A stretch of 54,189 nucleotides of DNA from IMG/VR virus record IMGVR_UViG_3300040807_003078, positions 1-54,189 of that record; one strand, written 5' to 3'. The position numbers were made by a program, and so were the translations under genes. Every line of letters starts with the position of its first letter. Position 1 is the stretch's first letter. This DNA comes from a virus. Lineage: Duplodnaviria; Caudoviricetes. Of the stretch, positions 40,000 to 49,332 are shown piece after piece. The notes beneath the pieces are model-generated. The model saw nothing but the letters and a program-made list of their open reading frames with translations, ran no database searches and was not told the origin of the DNA.

Positions 40000-40237
40000 A
40001 GATTTGTTCCCGCCAATCAAGAAGAAGAAATTCTTTGCCACGATACAGGGCAAGGAAGTAGAAGTGACGCATAAAGAAAAACTAGAGATAATAAAGAATG
40101 GCGAAGAAAACTATATTTTGGAGAACGGCAAACCCCAGAGGAAAGTGACTCTGGAAAGTAGGATAAGTTTTCCTGAACTTGAAAAACTAACAGCCGATCC
40201 CTTCTGGCCAAAACAGGACTTTGTATGGAAACTGTAA
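39983..40237 (+). CDS. Hypothetical protein (84 aa)
   Basis: GGAGG SD upstream; overlaps both neighbours. Confidence 0.6.
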   Translation: MSDRFKDLFPPIKKKKFFATIQGKEVEVTHKEKLEIIKNGEENYILENGKPQRKVTLESRISFPELEKLTADPFWPKQDFVWKL

Positions 40238-41121
40238 GAGTTAAAGATTTAGATTTCGTGTTCATAAGTTTCAAGGAGCCAAACAAGGAATACAATTACG
40301 CGGACCTGTTGAACAAGGTGCCATGGGCCAAACGTGTTGACGGTGTGGTTGGTTTCGACAACGCACACAAGGCCGCGGCCGAGGTGGCGGAGACCGATTT
40401 CTTCATCTCAGTGGACGGTGACAACATCATTGATCCGAAGTTCATCCTGCAGACACTGGACTTCAAGAAAACAAATCCGAAAGCGGTGCACAGATGGAGA
40501 GCAAGGAACAGTGTGAATGGACTGATATACGGCAACGGTGGAGTGGTTGGCTGGCCTAAAGAAACCTGTCTGGGTATGAAGACACACGAGAACTCGGACA
40601 CGAAAGAAAATCAGATAGACTTCTGTTGGGGGGTTCCACACGAGAATCTCCACAATGTGTATTCGGAGACGGTGATCAATACCTCCCCTAACCAGGCATT
40701 CACGGCAGGGTACAGGGAAGGGGTAAAGATGAGCCTCGATCAGGGTAGTTCAATAAACCCAGCGGAGTTCGTGAGCCAGATGTATAGACCAAATCTTAAG
40801 TGCTTGACCACGTGGATGAGTGTGGGAGCCGATGTTGAGAACGGCAAGTACGCCATGTTGGGAGCGAGGATAGGTTGTTGGCAGACGGTGATACAGAAAT
40901 TCGAACCAGAAGTGGTCAGAGACCTCGATGACATCAACGAGAGGTTCAATGAATTGGATGGAGAAGTGGATGAACTAGTAGAACTCTATGGCAACAGCCT
41001 GAGGCAGAGACTGGGCATAACCATAGCGGACTACGATGACGAGCAAAGCAGTTTCTTCAAGTTCTGCCAACCACAGTGGATCAACAAAGGAGTACAGGAC
41101 CGTGAACAAAAGTACCTATAA
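40225..41121 (+). CDS. Putative GT-A fold glycosyltransferase
   Basis: DFVFISFKEP, AHKAAA, FFISVDGDN (DxD), NGLIYGNGG and AGYREGVKM. Confidence 0.7.
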   Translation: METVRVKDLDFVFISFKEPNKEYNYADLLNKVPWAKRVDGVVGFDNAHKAAAEVAETDFFISVDGDNIIDPKFILQTLDFKKTNPKAVHRWRARNSVNGLIYGNGGVVGWPKETCLGMKTHENSDTKENQIDFCWGVPHENLHNVYSETVINTSPNQAFTAGYREGVKMSLDQGSSINPAEFVSQMYRPNLKCLTTWMSVGADVENGKYAMLGARIGCWQTVIQKFEPEVVRDLDDINERFNELDGEVDELVELYGNSLRQRLGITIADYDDEQSSFFKFCQPQWINKGVQDREQKYL

Positions 41122-42481
41122 GTCACAGGCAGACCACGCCAAGGAGAAACTGGCCGAGGTGTCACCGACGATGTGCCTGGCAAAATGGAACCAGACCTCA
41201 CTGCACCTGCCCACGGGACTGACGAACAGTTGCTACCATCCACCACTGCACGAGATAGACTACAACAAGTTGAAGGACAATCCCGCGGCACTGCACAACA
41301 CCGCGGAGAAACTCAAACAGAGGCAACAGATGCTGTCGGGCGAGCAACCCGCAGGCTGTAGTTACTGCTGGAACATAGAGAAGACGGGCGAGATGTCAGA
41401 CAGGCACTACCGTTCAGGAGAGCCATGGGCCATGCAGGACTTCGACGCGATCAGGAGGAATCCCATAGACGAGAACTGGACGCCCAGGTACGTGGAGGTC
41501 AACTTCAGCAACGCCTGTAACTTCAGGTGCAGTTACTGTTCTCCACAGTTCAGCACCACGTGGGCCAGGGAGACGGACCTCTATGGTGAGTACCCAACTA
41601 CGCCACCGCACAACGCACCCGAACACTTCCAGGGCCGTCGCAGACCCATACCAAACAGGGATCCAAATCCCTACGTGACTGCCTTCTGGAAGTGGTGGCC
41701 TACGCTGTACAAGAACTTGAAACACTTCAGGATGACCGGTGGTGAGCCCATGATGGACGTCAACACATACAAGGTGTTCCAGTACATAATTGACAACCCA
41801 AAACAGGACCTACACCTCAACGTCACAAGCAACATGTGTCCCGCGGACAAGAAGTTGAAGGAGAAGTACTTCAACATGGCCCAGACGATATGTATGCAGG
41901 AGAAGGTGGAACACATGATGCAGTTCGTGTCAGTTGACGCATTCGGAAATCGTGCGGAGTACATACGTGACGGATTGGATTTCGATTACATGATGGACAA
42001 CGTGGAGGAGTTCCTGGACAGGATACCCGGACGTAATTCGATCACATTCATATGCACATACAACAACCTCAGTATAACAAGCATGGACAAACTGTTGGAG
42101 AAGATATTGGAACTGCGTAAGAAGTACAGCAAGACATACCAGCGTGTGTGGTTCGACGTGCCACTGCTGAGACAACCCGCGTGGCAACAGATAACAATGC
42201 TACCAGAGGCATACCAGAGCATACACGAGGACAACATAGAATACATGAAACAGAATTCCGGCGAGTCAAACGGCTTACACATATTCAAGGACTTCGAGAT
42301 CCAAAAAATGCAACGCAATCTCGCATACTGGCGTGAAAACGCGGACGCAAGTACGCAAAACAAAAAAAACTTTTACGCTTTTTTTAACGAACACGATCGA
42401 AGACGGTTAACTAGTTTTTTAAACACTTTTCCTGAGATGGAAGAGTTCTGGGAGGAGTGTAAGAACGCATGGATGATTTAG
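41102..42481 (+). CDS. Radical SAM protein with N-terminal twitch/SPASM-like Cys motif (copy 1)
   Basis: Likely GTG start after AAGGAG. CLAKW...SCYHPP...CSYC, then CNFRCSYC and TGGEP. Confidence 0.9.
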   Translation: MNKSTYKSQADHAKEKLAEVSPTMCLAKWNQTSLHLPTGLTNSCYHPPLHEIDYNKLKDNPAALHNTAEKLKQRQQMLSGEQPAGCSYCWNIEKTGEMSDRHYRSGEPWAMQDFDAIRRNPIDENWTPRYVEVNFSNACNFRCSYCSPQFSTTWARETDLYGEYPTTPPHNAPEHFQGRRRPIPNRDPNPYVTAFWKWWPTLYKNLKHFRMTGGEPMMDVNTYKVFQYIIDNPKQDLHLNVTSNMCPADKKLKEKYFNMAQTICMQEKVEHMMQFVSVDAFGNRAEYIRDGLDFDYMMDNVEEFLDRIPGRNSITFICTYNNLSITSMDKLLEKILELRKKYSKTYQRVWFDVPLLRQPAWQQITMLPEAYQSIHEDNIEYMKQNSGESNGLHIFKDFEIQKMQRNLAYWRENADASTQNKKNFYAFFNEHDRRRLTSFLNTFPEMEEFWEECKNAWMI

Positions 42482-43812
42482 AATACAAGAAGCAAATACT
42501 AGACACCAAGTCAGCAAGTTTCTGCGGAGCGAAGTGGTACAACGCCACTATATGGTTGGGCAGTGGTATGACAACAAGTTGTCACCATCCACCACCACAC
42601 AAGATTGATCCAATAGCAGTACAACAAAATCCAAAGTTGTTACATAACACAGCAGAAAAGAAAGAACAACGTAGGCAGATGCAGAATGGAGAACGTCCTG
42701 CTGGTTGCGAATACTGTTGGAAGATAGAGGACATACACAGGGATAACATCAGTGACAGGGTGTACAAATCAAAAATATTCACAAACGAAGATCTAGAAAC
42801 TGCTTACAAGTTAGATCACACCCAAGATGTAAATTTGAAAACACTCGAAATAGCATTCGATAGGACTTGTAATTTTAAATGCACTTACTGTAATCCAGCA
42901 TTCAGTTCAACGTGGGCAAATGACATCAAACAGAAAGGTCCATACACAGGGATGACTACAGACGGCAGGAACCATTTCACACACGCACATGATTCAGCGG
43001 AACCATACAAGAAGGATGAGACCAATCCATACGTTGAAGCGTTCTACAAATGGTGGGAGAGTGATCTACACAAAAGCCTAGACGAATTACGTATCACAGG
43101 AGGAGAACCGATGATGTCACCTAACCTATGGAGATTGCTTGATTGGATAGAAACACAGGGTGATAAAATGAATCCCAACATGCGTATCGCTATCAATTCT
43201 AACTTAGGGGCAAAGCAGAGCATAATTGATAGATTCAAAGAGAAATTAAAGGGATTCAAGAACTTCCATTTGTATACGAGTTGTGAGGCCACGTTCGAGC
43301 AGGCAGGATACATCAGGGACGGGATGGATTTTGGCACTTGGCATTCTAACCTTTTACACATGATGGTGGATAAGGTGCCATCTGAGATACACAACATGGC
43401 AACAATCAATGCGTTATGTTTGGAGTCATTGCCTGAATTTTTAGAGAAGATGGTATGGTTCAAAAGTGCGAGTAAGGTGTATGGGCCAACGATCAATTAC
43501 ACTTTGAACATATTGAGATTTCCTAGTTTCCAATCACCGCTTGTTCTACCGGACGACCTGAGGAATAAATTTAAACTGGACTTGGTAAAGTTTTTAAATA
43601 ACAACGAAAAACATCTGGAACACATGGAAATTAATCAAACACAGAGGCTGATAGATTACTTGGACGTGGTCAAAACACCACACGCAGGTGCGGCCGCACA
43701 AGAACAATTACAGAAAGATTTCAAATTATTTTACAGTCAATACGACAAAAGATCTGGAAAGGACTTCGAAAAGACTTTCCCAATTATAGGAGAATGGTAT
43801 CGTGGCATATGA
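42469..43812 (+). CDS. Radical SAM protein with N-terminal twitch/SPASM-like Cys motif (copy 2)
   Basis: CGAKW...SCHHPP...CEYC, CNFKCTYC and TGGEP. Confidence 0.9.
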   Translation: MDDLEYKKQILDTKSASFCGAKWYNATIWLGSGMTTSCHHPPPHKIDPIAVQQNPKLLHNTAEKKEQRRQMQNGERPAGCEYCWKIEDIHRDNISDRVYKSKIFTNEDLETAYKLDHTQDVNLKTLEIAFDRTCNFKCTYCNPAFSSTWANDIKQKGPYTGMTTDGRNHFTHAHDSAEPYKKDETNPYVEAFYKWWESDLHKSLDELRITGGEPMMSPNLWRLLDWIETQGDKMNPNMRIAINSNLGAKQSIIDRFKEKLKGFKNFHLYTSCEATFEQAGYIRDGMDFGTWHSNLLHMMVDKVPSEIHNMATINALCLESLPEFLEKMVWFKSASKVYGPTINYTLNILRFPSFQSPLVLPDDLRNKFKLDLVKFLNNNEKHLEHMEINQTQRLIDYLDVVKTPHAGAAAQEQLQKDFKLFYSQYDKRSGKDFEKTFPIIGEWYRGI

Positions 43813-45094
43813 GTATGGGGCGAAGGAGCCTGAAAAATTAAAAATTAAAGACATGACTCCTAGGGAGAAGGAGTTATTAATCGAAAGTGATACATTCTGT
43901 ATACTTCCTTGGATGCATCTTCACGCATATCCAGACGGCAGGGCATATCCTTGTTGTTTTGCTTTTGATCCGTTCCCTGTAGGTAACTTGAATGAGAACA
44001 GCATGGAAGAGGTATTCAATGGCGAAAAAATGAAACAGATGAGAACACGTATGTTGAATAATGAAAAATCACGAGAGTGTTTGAAGTGTTATGATCAAGA
44101 GAAGTCTGGGTTCTTTTCATTGCGTCTAAGTTCGAACAAACATTTCGGACACAACATTCCATTAGTCCATAACACATTACCCGACGGTAAAGCAGACTTC
44201 GTAATGAAATATTGGGATATACGATTCTCAAATCTGTGTAACATGGCTTGTAGGAGTTGTGGAACTTGGTTTAGTTCAAACTGGTACGAGGACCATAAGA
44301 AGTTGACAGGAAGTCCACCGCCACACGCTAAGGTTATGAAAGTCGGAAGAAGCACAGATGACCTTTGGGAGCAGATGTTGGCACAGTTTGACCATACTGA
44401 ACAATTCTATTTCGCAGGTGGTGAACCAATAATAATGGAAGAACATTACAGAATACTAAAAGAACTAGACAAGAGGAAAATGTATCATGTAAGGCTTATA
44501 TACAACACCAATTTCAGCAGGACAAAATTCAAAGACATTGACGTGTTCGAATTATGGAACAAGTTTGACTCGGTCTCCGTTGGAGCAAGTCTAGATGCCG
44601 AAGGTCCTAGGGCAGAACTTATGCGTAAAGGTACTGTGTGGGAAGAGACTATCGCCAACAGGAAAAGAATGATGGAAGTGTGTCCACAGGTTGATTTCTA
44701 TATAAGTGCAACGGTTGGTTTGATAAACAGCCTACACGTCACAGATTTCCATCAGAGTTGGGTAGAACAGGGTTTGATCAAACCGCAAGATTTCAATTTC
44801 AATCTACTGCAACATCCAATATGGCAAAGGATGGACATACTACCACCGGAATTTAAAGATCAGGTCAAGGAAAAATACCACTCCCACATCTCATGGTTAC
44901 AGGGACAGGATTCTCTTACAAGGGCAACAAAAGGATTTCAGTCTGCTCTAGATTGGATGTATTCAACTGACAATCAGAAACACCTTGATCTTTTCTTTGC
45001 GAACACTAGGAAATACGATCAAATAAGGAACGAAAACAGCCTTGAAATATTCCCAGAATGGAAAGAATTATTTGAGAAGTATGAAAAGAATTAA
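43802..45094 (+). CDS. Radical SAM protein with N-terminal twitch/SPASM-like Cys motif (copy 3)
   Basis: CILPW...DG..YPCC...VGNLNE...CLKC, CNMACRSC and AGGEP. Confidence 0.9.
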   Translation: MAYEYGAKEPEKLKIKDMTPREKELLIESDTFCILPWMHLHAYPDGRAYPCCFAFDPFPVGNLNENSMEEVFNGEKMKQMRTRMLNNEKSRECLKCYDQEKSGFFSLRLSSNKHFGHNIPLVHNTLPDGKADFVMKYWDIRFSNLCNMACRSCGTWFSSNWYEDHKKLTGSPPPHAKVMKVGRSTDDLWEQMLAQFDHTEQFYFAGGEPIIMEEHYRILKELDKRKMYHVRLIYNTNFSRTKFKDIDVFELWNKFDSVSVGASLDAEGPRAELMRKGTVWEETIANRKRMMEVCPQVDFYISATVGLINSLHVTDFHQSWVEQGLIKPQDFNFNLLQHPIWQRMDILPPEFKDQVKEKYHSHISWLQGQDSLTRATKGFQSALDWMYSTDNQKHLDLFFANTRKYDQIRNENSLEIFPEWKELFEKYEKN

Positions 45095-46364
45095 ACCAAG
45101 TGATGGCAATAAAACTTTCTGTATGGCCCCATGGACACACACGTATCTTTCGCCACAGACAGAGAGAAGGATGTGTTGTGCTTCAAGGGAACCAGCACAG
45201 AGTTTCAAGCAATACATAGATACAGGTAACAACGCCAAAGAGTACAAACCACTGACCCTCAAAGAGCATTGGAACTCAGAACATATGCGGTCTGTACGTT
45301 TGCGTATGTTGGCAGGAGAAGAACTGTCTGAATGTGAGGTGTGTGATCATAAACTTCTCAACACCGACGTGTACAGGTCATACTGGAATAGGCTTTTCAG
45401 CGACAGGATCGATCAAGCATATGAAAAGACCGACGACACGGGTGCCACAACTATGCCTGTTATAAGTTTTGATTACAGGTTCAATAATTTGTGTAACTTC
45501 AAATGTAGGATGTGTGGAAATATGTTGAGTTCAAGTTGGGAGGCGGAGTCTCGAAAGCAAAAGACCTGGAACAAGGAATCTTCGCCTTGGATGGCATCAC
45601 CCCTGCGAGAACAGATATCAGTATTCCAGGACACACAGGTGGTGGAGGAATTCAAGGAAGCGGTCGAGACCAAAACAATCAAGGAAATATATTGGTGTGG
45701 GGGAGAACCACTCATGTGGGATATCCATTGGACTGCGATGCAGAGGATAATAGATCTTGGATTCGCTAATCAAGTCTGTGTGAGGTACAACACAAATCTA
45801 AGCAGGACTTCGTTCAAAGGTGTAAACTTGTTTGACCTACTGCCTCAGTTCCAGGATTGGCAGATATGTTCGTCGTTGGATGGTACCGGTGAGGTGGGAG
45901 AATACATACGTGATGGTTTGAACTATGATTCTTGGTTGGATAATTTCAAACAGGGCATGGCAGTTGCGAAGACCCCTAGGGAAATGAGACTTGATTACAC
46001 TATAACGATGCCAGGATTGTTGGAACTGAAAAATATGTTTGACCTCAGCCGTGAGTTAGATACAGAGATATTGACAAAAGTCATGTTCACTTTCAGTAAT
46101 GATGAGATTTTGAGTCCATTGGCATTGCCTAAAGATTTGTTACACACTATAATTGACGAAGCACTGGCATATATGGAACCTATTGCCACGAGAAAACAGA
46201 GGGCATTGATAGATGTTTTGAAAAACCTCAAAAACAGAGAAACGTTTACTCCTACCAAAAGGGGCAAAGAGAGGCAAGAGAGTATTGACAAGATCAGGAG
46301 ACAGGACATCACAAAAATATTAAGCAGAGACGAAAGGGTGTTGGAATGGTGGACAAGTATATAA
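45081..46364 (+). CDS. Radical SAM protein with N-terminal twitch/SPASM-like Cys motif (copy 4)
   Basis: ATG 45081. CMAPW...RMCC...CEVC, CNFKCRMC and CGGEP. Confidence 0.9.
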   Translation: MKRIKPSDGNKTFCMAPWTHTYLSPQTERRMCCASREPAQSFKQYIDTGNNAKEYKPLTLKEHWNSEHMRSVRLRMLAGEELSECEVCDHKLLNTDVYRSYWNRLFSDRIDQAYEKTDDTGATTMPVISFDYRFNNLCNFKCRMCGNMLSSSWEAESRKQKTWNKESSPWMASPLREQISVFQDTQVVEEFKEAVETKTIKEIYWCGGEPLMWDIHWTAMQRIIDLGFANQVCVRYNTNLSRTSFKGVNLFDLLPQFQDWQICSSLDGTGEVGEYIRDGLNYDSWLDNFKQGMAVAKTPREMRLDYTITMPGLLELKNMFDLSRELDTEILTKVMFTFSNDEILSPLALPKDLLHTIIDEALAYMEPIATRKQRALIDVLKNLKNRETFTPTKRGKERQESIDKIRRQDITKILSRDERVLEWWTSI

Positions 46365-47527
46365 AAACAAATGTCTGTCCGCTTCCGTGGACGCACCTCG
46401 AAGTTGATGTCAACGGCGGAGCATCTCCGTGTTGTCTGTACAAAGGCAGTGTGCCAAACGTGAAAGTCTACGAGCAGAGCCTCAAGTCAATACAAGACAC
46501 CGAATACATGAGCAACCTACGAGAAGAGTTCCGTAATGGAGAACGTCCTGCGGGTTGTCAGAGTTGTTGGCAGGAGGAAGACGCAGGTAAAACAAGTAAG
46601 AGACAGAATTCAATATACAAGATGAAGACGAGTCTAACGGACTGGACACCCGATAGCGAGCCAACGCTGAAGTTCATTGACTTTAAGTTAGGCAACGTGT
46701 GTAACCTCAAGTGTAGGATATGTGGTTCCTGGAGTTCTTCGAAATGGGCACAGGAAGAGATAGACTACGAGACGGCCAAAGGCGGAGACAATCCTCTGGC
46801 CAGGAAACAATTACGTGAGGGTGGATGGCCGAAACGTAACCCGCAGTTCTTCGAGGACCTCAAGGAAGATCTCAAACACGTGGAGTACTTTGAGTTCACT
46901 GGCGGAGAGCCGTTCATGATCAAGGATCATTTCAAGATCTTGATGCACTGTGTTGAAAAAGGGTACGCGAAGAACATAGACATACACTACAACACAAACG
47001 GCACACAACTTCCGCCACAGGAGATATTTGACCTATGGGCCTACTTCAAACACGTTGAGATTGCCTTCAGTATTGATGACATAGGTGAGGCGTTTGAATA
47101 TCAGAGACATCCTGCGAACTGGAGAGAAGTCAGTGCTAATCTCGTCAAGTTCAAAGAAAGACAGACTTCTAACATGGACTTCCAGATATGTTCCACGGTT
47201 TCGATATTTAATGTCTTCAACTGGGCAAAGATGGCCCTATGGGTGGCACAGTTCCAGCCAAAATTCTTCTACGTCAACACCTGCTTTGATCCGGATGTTT
47301 TCAACATACAGACACTGCCGAAACAGGTAAAGGACATAGTCACGGACAGATATCATATGTTGACTGACTATCAACCCAGCATAAGGTTCATGAATGCCGC
47401 GGATCGGGACACACCAGAAATGCGAGAACAACGTAAAGCAAGGATTTTACAAACTGACAAGTATAGGAAAGAAAATTTTGGGGAAGTTTTTCCACTTCTA
47501 AATAAGGTATTACAGATATATGACTAA
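46346..47527 (+). CDS. Radical SAM protein with N-terminal twitch/SPASM-like Cys motif (copy 5)
   Basis: CPLPW...SPCC...CQSC, CNLKCRIC, TGGEP and YNTNGT. Confidence 0.9.
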   Translation: MVDKYIKTNVCPLPWTHLEVDVNGGASPCCLYKGSVPNVKVYEQSLKSIQDTEYMSNLREEFRNGERPAGCQSCWQEEDAGKTSKRQNSIYKMKTSLTDWTPDSEPTLKFIDFKLGNVCNLKCRICGSWSSSKWAQEEIDYETAKGGDNPLARKQLREGGWPKRNPQFFEDLKEDLKHVEYFEFTGGEPFMIKDHFKILMHCVEKGYAKNIDIHYNTNGTQLPPQEIFDLWAYFKHVEIAFSIDDIGEAFEYQRHPANWREVSANLVKFKERQTSNMDFQICSTVSIFNVFNWAKMALWVAQFQPKFFYVNTCFDPDVFNIQTLPKQVKDIVTDRYHMLTDYQPSIRFMNAADRDTPEMREQRKARILQTDKYRKENFGEVFPLLNKVLQIYD

Positions 47528-48314
47528 GAAAATTATAGCAGGTGGATGCAGTTTTACACTGGGCAATGAATTGTCAGATGACGTGGACGGCAAGACGCCA
47601 TCCAAGCAAACTTGGTCGTATAGGTTAAGTGAACACTCAGGCAGTGAATACGTGTGCAGAGCGTTCGGAGGACACGGCAATCAAGCAGTAGCAAGAAGAG
47701 TCTTCAACGCAGTGGCAAACACAGATGATATCAAGGGCGTGGTGATCATGTGGACTTTCCTTTCTCGATATGATTGGGCAATGCCTAGACACGTAAACCT
47801 CGAAGACACAAGGTGGGCATCGATTTCCCCATGGGACACAGAAAACGGAGACAAGGAAGCATACAAGGTGATGGAAGAATCAAAAGAACAGCAGGAACAG
47901 TGGCGTATCAGACAGCAATTCCTAAGTGAGACAGGTGTGCGTGATTTCGCTGAAAGCATCTACAAATATGGTGCCAACCAGTACCACGAAACTTATCTCA
48001 GTTGGAAGAGCATTATTTGGTTACAGAACATTTTAGAGAAGAAAAAAATACCATTCATGTTCACCCTAGCAGACAACAGTCTTTTTTACCAAGAGTTCGA
48101 TCAACATAAGGATCAAGATTCATTCATGAATGCTCTACATTCCGAGATAGATCTTTCCAAATGGTTTTTCTTTGGTGAGCGTTGCATGGGGTTCAATCAG
48201 TGGGCAATGATGGAAGATTATCCACGTGGCACCACACACCCACTTGACGAGGCACACCAAGATGCTGTAAAATTAATGTTACCAACTTTTAACAAACTAA
48301 TAGGAGGCGAATAA
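47520..48314 (+). CDS. SGNH/GDSL-like hydrolase or acyltransferase
   Basis: Block I variant AGGCSFTLG, GHGN, VIMWT and C-terminal THP...H. Confidence 0.7.
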   Translation: MTKKIIAGGCSFTLGNELSDDVDGKTPSKQTWSYRLSEHSGSEYVCRAFGGHGNQAVARRVFNAVANTDDIKGVVIMWTFLSRYDWAMPRHVNLEDTRWASISPWDTENGDKEAYKVMEESKEQQEQWRIRQQFLSETGVRDFAESIYKYGANQYHETYLSWKSIIWLQNILEKKKIPFMFTLADNSLFYQEFDQHKDQDSFMNALHSEIDLSKWFFFGERCMGFNQWAMMEDYPRGTTHPLDEAHQDAVKLMLPTFNKLIGGE

Positions 48315-48418
48315 TGTTCAATTGGATAAAGAATTTGATCAATAAAATTAAGTTAGAGATCAAGTATAGGAAGAGACTAAAAGAGTTGAAAAAGAAAGAC
48401 CCATTCATATACAAATAA
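48314..48418 (+). CDS. 34-aa cationic micropeptide MFNWIKNLINKIKLEIKYRKRLKELKKKDPFIYK, absent from the ORF track
   Basis: Perfect AGGAGG SD at 48302-48307, TAATG coupling, and it fills the gap exactly. Confidence 0.8.
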   Translation: MFNWIKNLINKIKLEIKYRKRLKELKKKDPFIYK

Positions 48419-48421
48419 AAA

Positions 48422-49000
48422 ATGGAAAAAATTACACAGAAGATACAAAAGGCACTCGAAAAGGAACCCAAGTTTGAACTGATCGAAATGCCATACATCG
48501 ATGTAACGGAGGATCCTGTACGACCGGAATTGGATCTTGCCTTCAGACAAGCATATGGTAGGAAGATATACGGTTTGAAAGATGATCAGGGCGACATAGC
48601 CGCCATCATGTGTTTCGCATTCACACACGAGGTACCAAAGACAGTAGAAGAAATGGATGTGTTGAGCAAAGACGCCGCCATGCAGGCCATACACAGGGCA
48701 GGTGTGCAGGGCAACATAGCGATTGCCTACACAGTTTGGGCCAAGAAGAAAGGTGGTGGCAGACACATGGTCAACGAAGTGTACAAGATGATCAAAAGTT
48801 CTAATCACCTGAACAGGCTTGTAACATTAAGTCCGTTGACAGACATGGCCAGGAACTTCCATTTGAAAAATGGAGCAAAAGAACTGCAAGTCAACGACAC
48901 CACGCAGAACTTTGAGTATGACATAGAGTTGAGCGAATGGGAGAAGTTAGCAGAGAAGGTTAAGGCAAAATGGAGGAACACCACCTGGAGCATTAAATGA
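48422..49000 (+). CDS. GNAT-fold protein with malonyl-CoA decarboxylase-like catalytic motifs
   Basis: AIAYTVW, LVTLSP and RNFHLKNGA resemble the MCD motifs AIFYSIS, (S/T)LSP and ANFHL.NGA. Confidence 0.6.
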   Translation: MEKITQKIQKALEKEPKFELIEMPYIDVTEDPVRPELDLAFRQAYGRKIYGLKDDQGDIAAIMCFAFTHEVPKTVEEMDVLSKDAAMQAIHRAGVQGNIAIAYTVWAKKKGGGRHMVNEVYKMIKSSNHLNRLVTLSPLTDMARNFHLKNGAKELQVNDTTQNFEYDIELSEWEKLAEKVKAKWRNTTWSIK

Positions 49001-49332
49001 GTTGCCTAGGATTATTTTTAGCAGTGTCTATGCACGTGGGCCTCGAAGCCAACTACAACAACATACATCCACACGCTAGGTGTACAGTTGACGACAAGAT
49101 AGCAGGAGTTTTCTACAATTCTGAGGACAGGGTCAGCACGTACATTGGTAGGGAGTTTGAATTAGATGAATACTGGAAAATCGAACTAGGGCTTGTCACT
49201 GGTTACAAATCCAGAGACGTACTACCCATGGTGAGATACAAGGCAGGAGGATTGTTCGTTTCCCCAGCATACGAGAAGCACAACGGCGAAGAGAACTACG
49301 GCGTCGTGATAGGTTGGGAGGTTGGCAAGTGA
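48997..49332 (+). CDS. Small putative beta-barrel membrane protein, PagP-like pattern
   Basis: Alternating beta-strand pattern with SMH, YNNIHP, GVFYNS..R.S.Y.G and GLVTGY. Confidence 0.45.
   Translation: MSCLGLFLAVSMHVGLEANYNNIHPHARCTVDDKIAGVFYNSEDRVSTYIGREFELDEYWKIELGLVTGYKSRDVLPMVRYKAGGLFVSPAYEKHNGEENYGVVIGWEVGK

Noticed and set aside
41036-41101. Upstream starts in the ORF track for 41036, 45042, 49314, 49700 and 38119
   Set aside because: Most give long overlaps with the upstream gene and 38119 falls inside the promoter. Downstream starts at 41102, 45081, 49329, 49760 and 38134 fit SD, coupling or promoter signals better.
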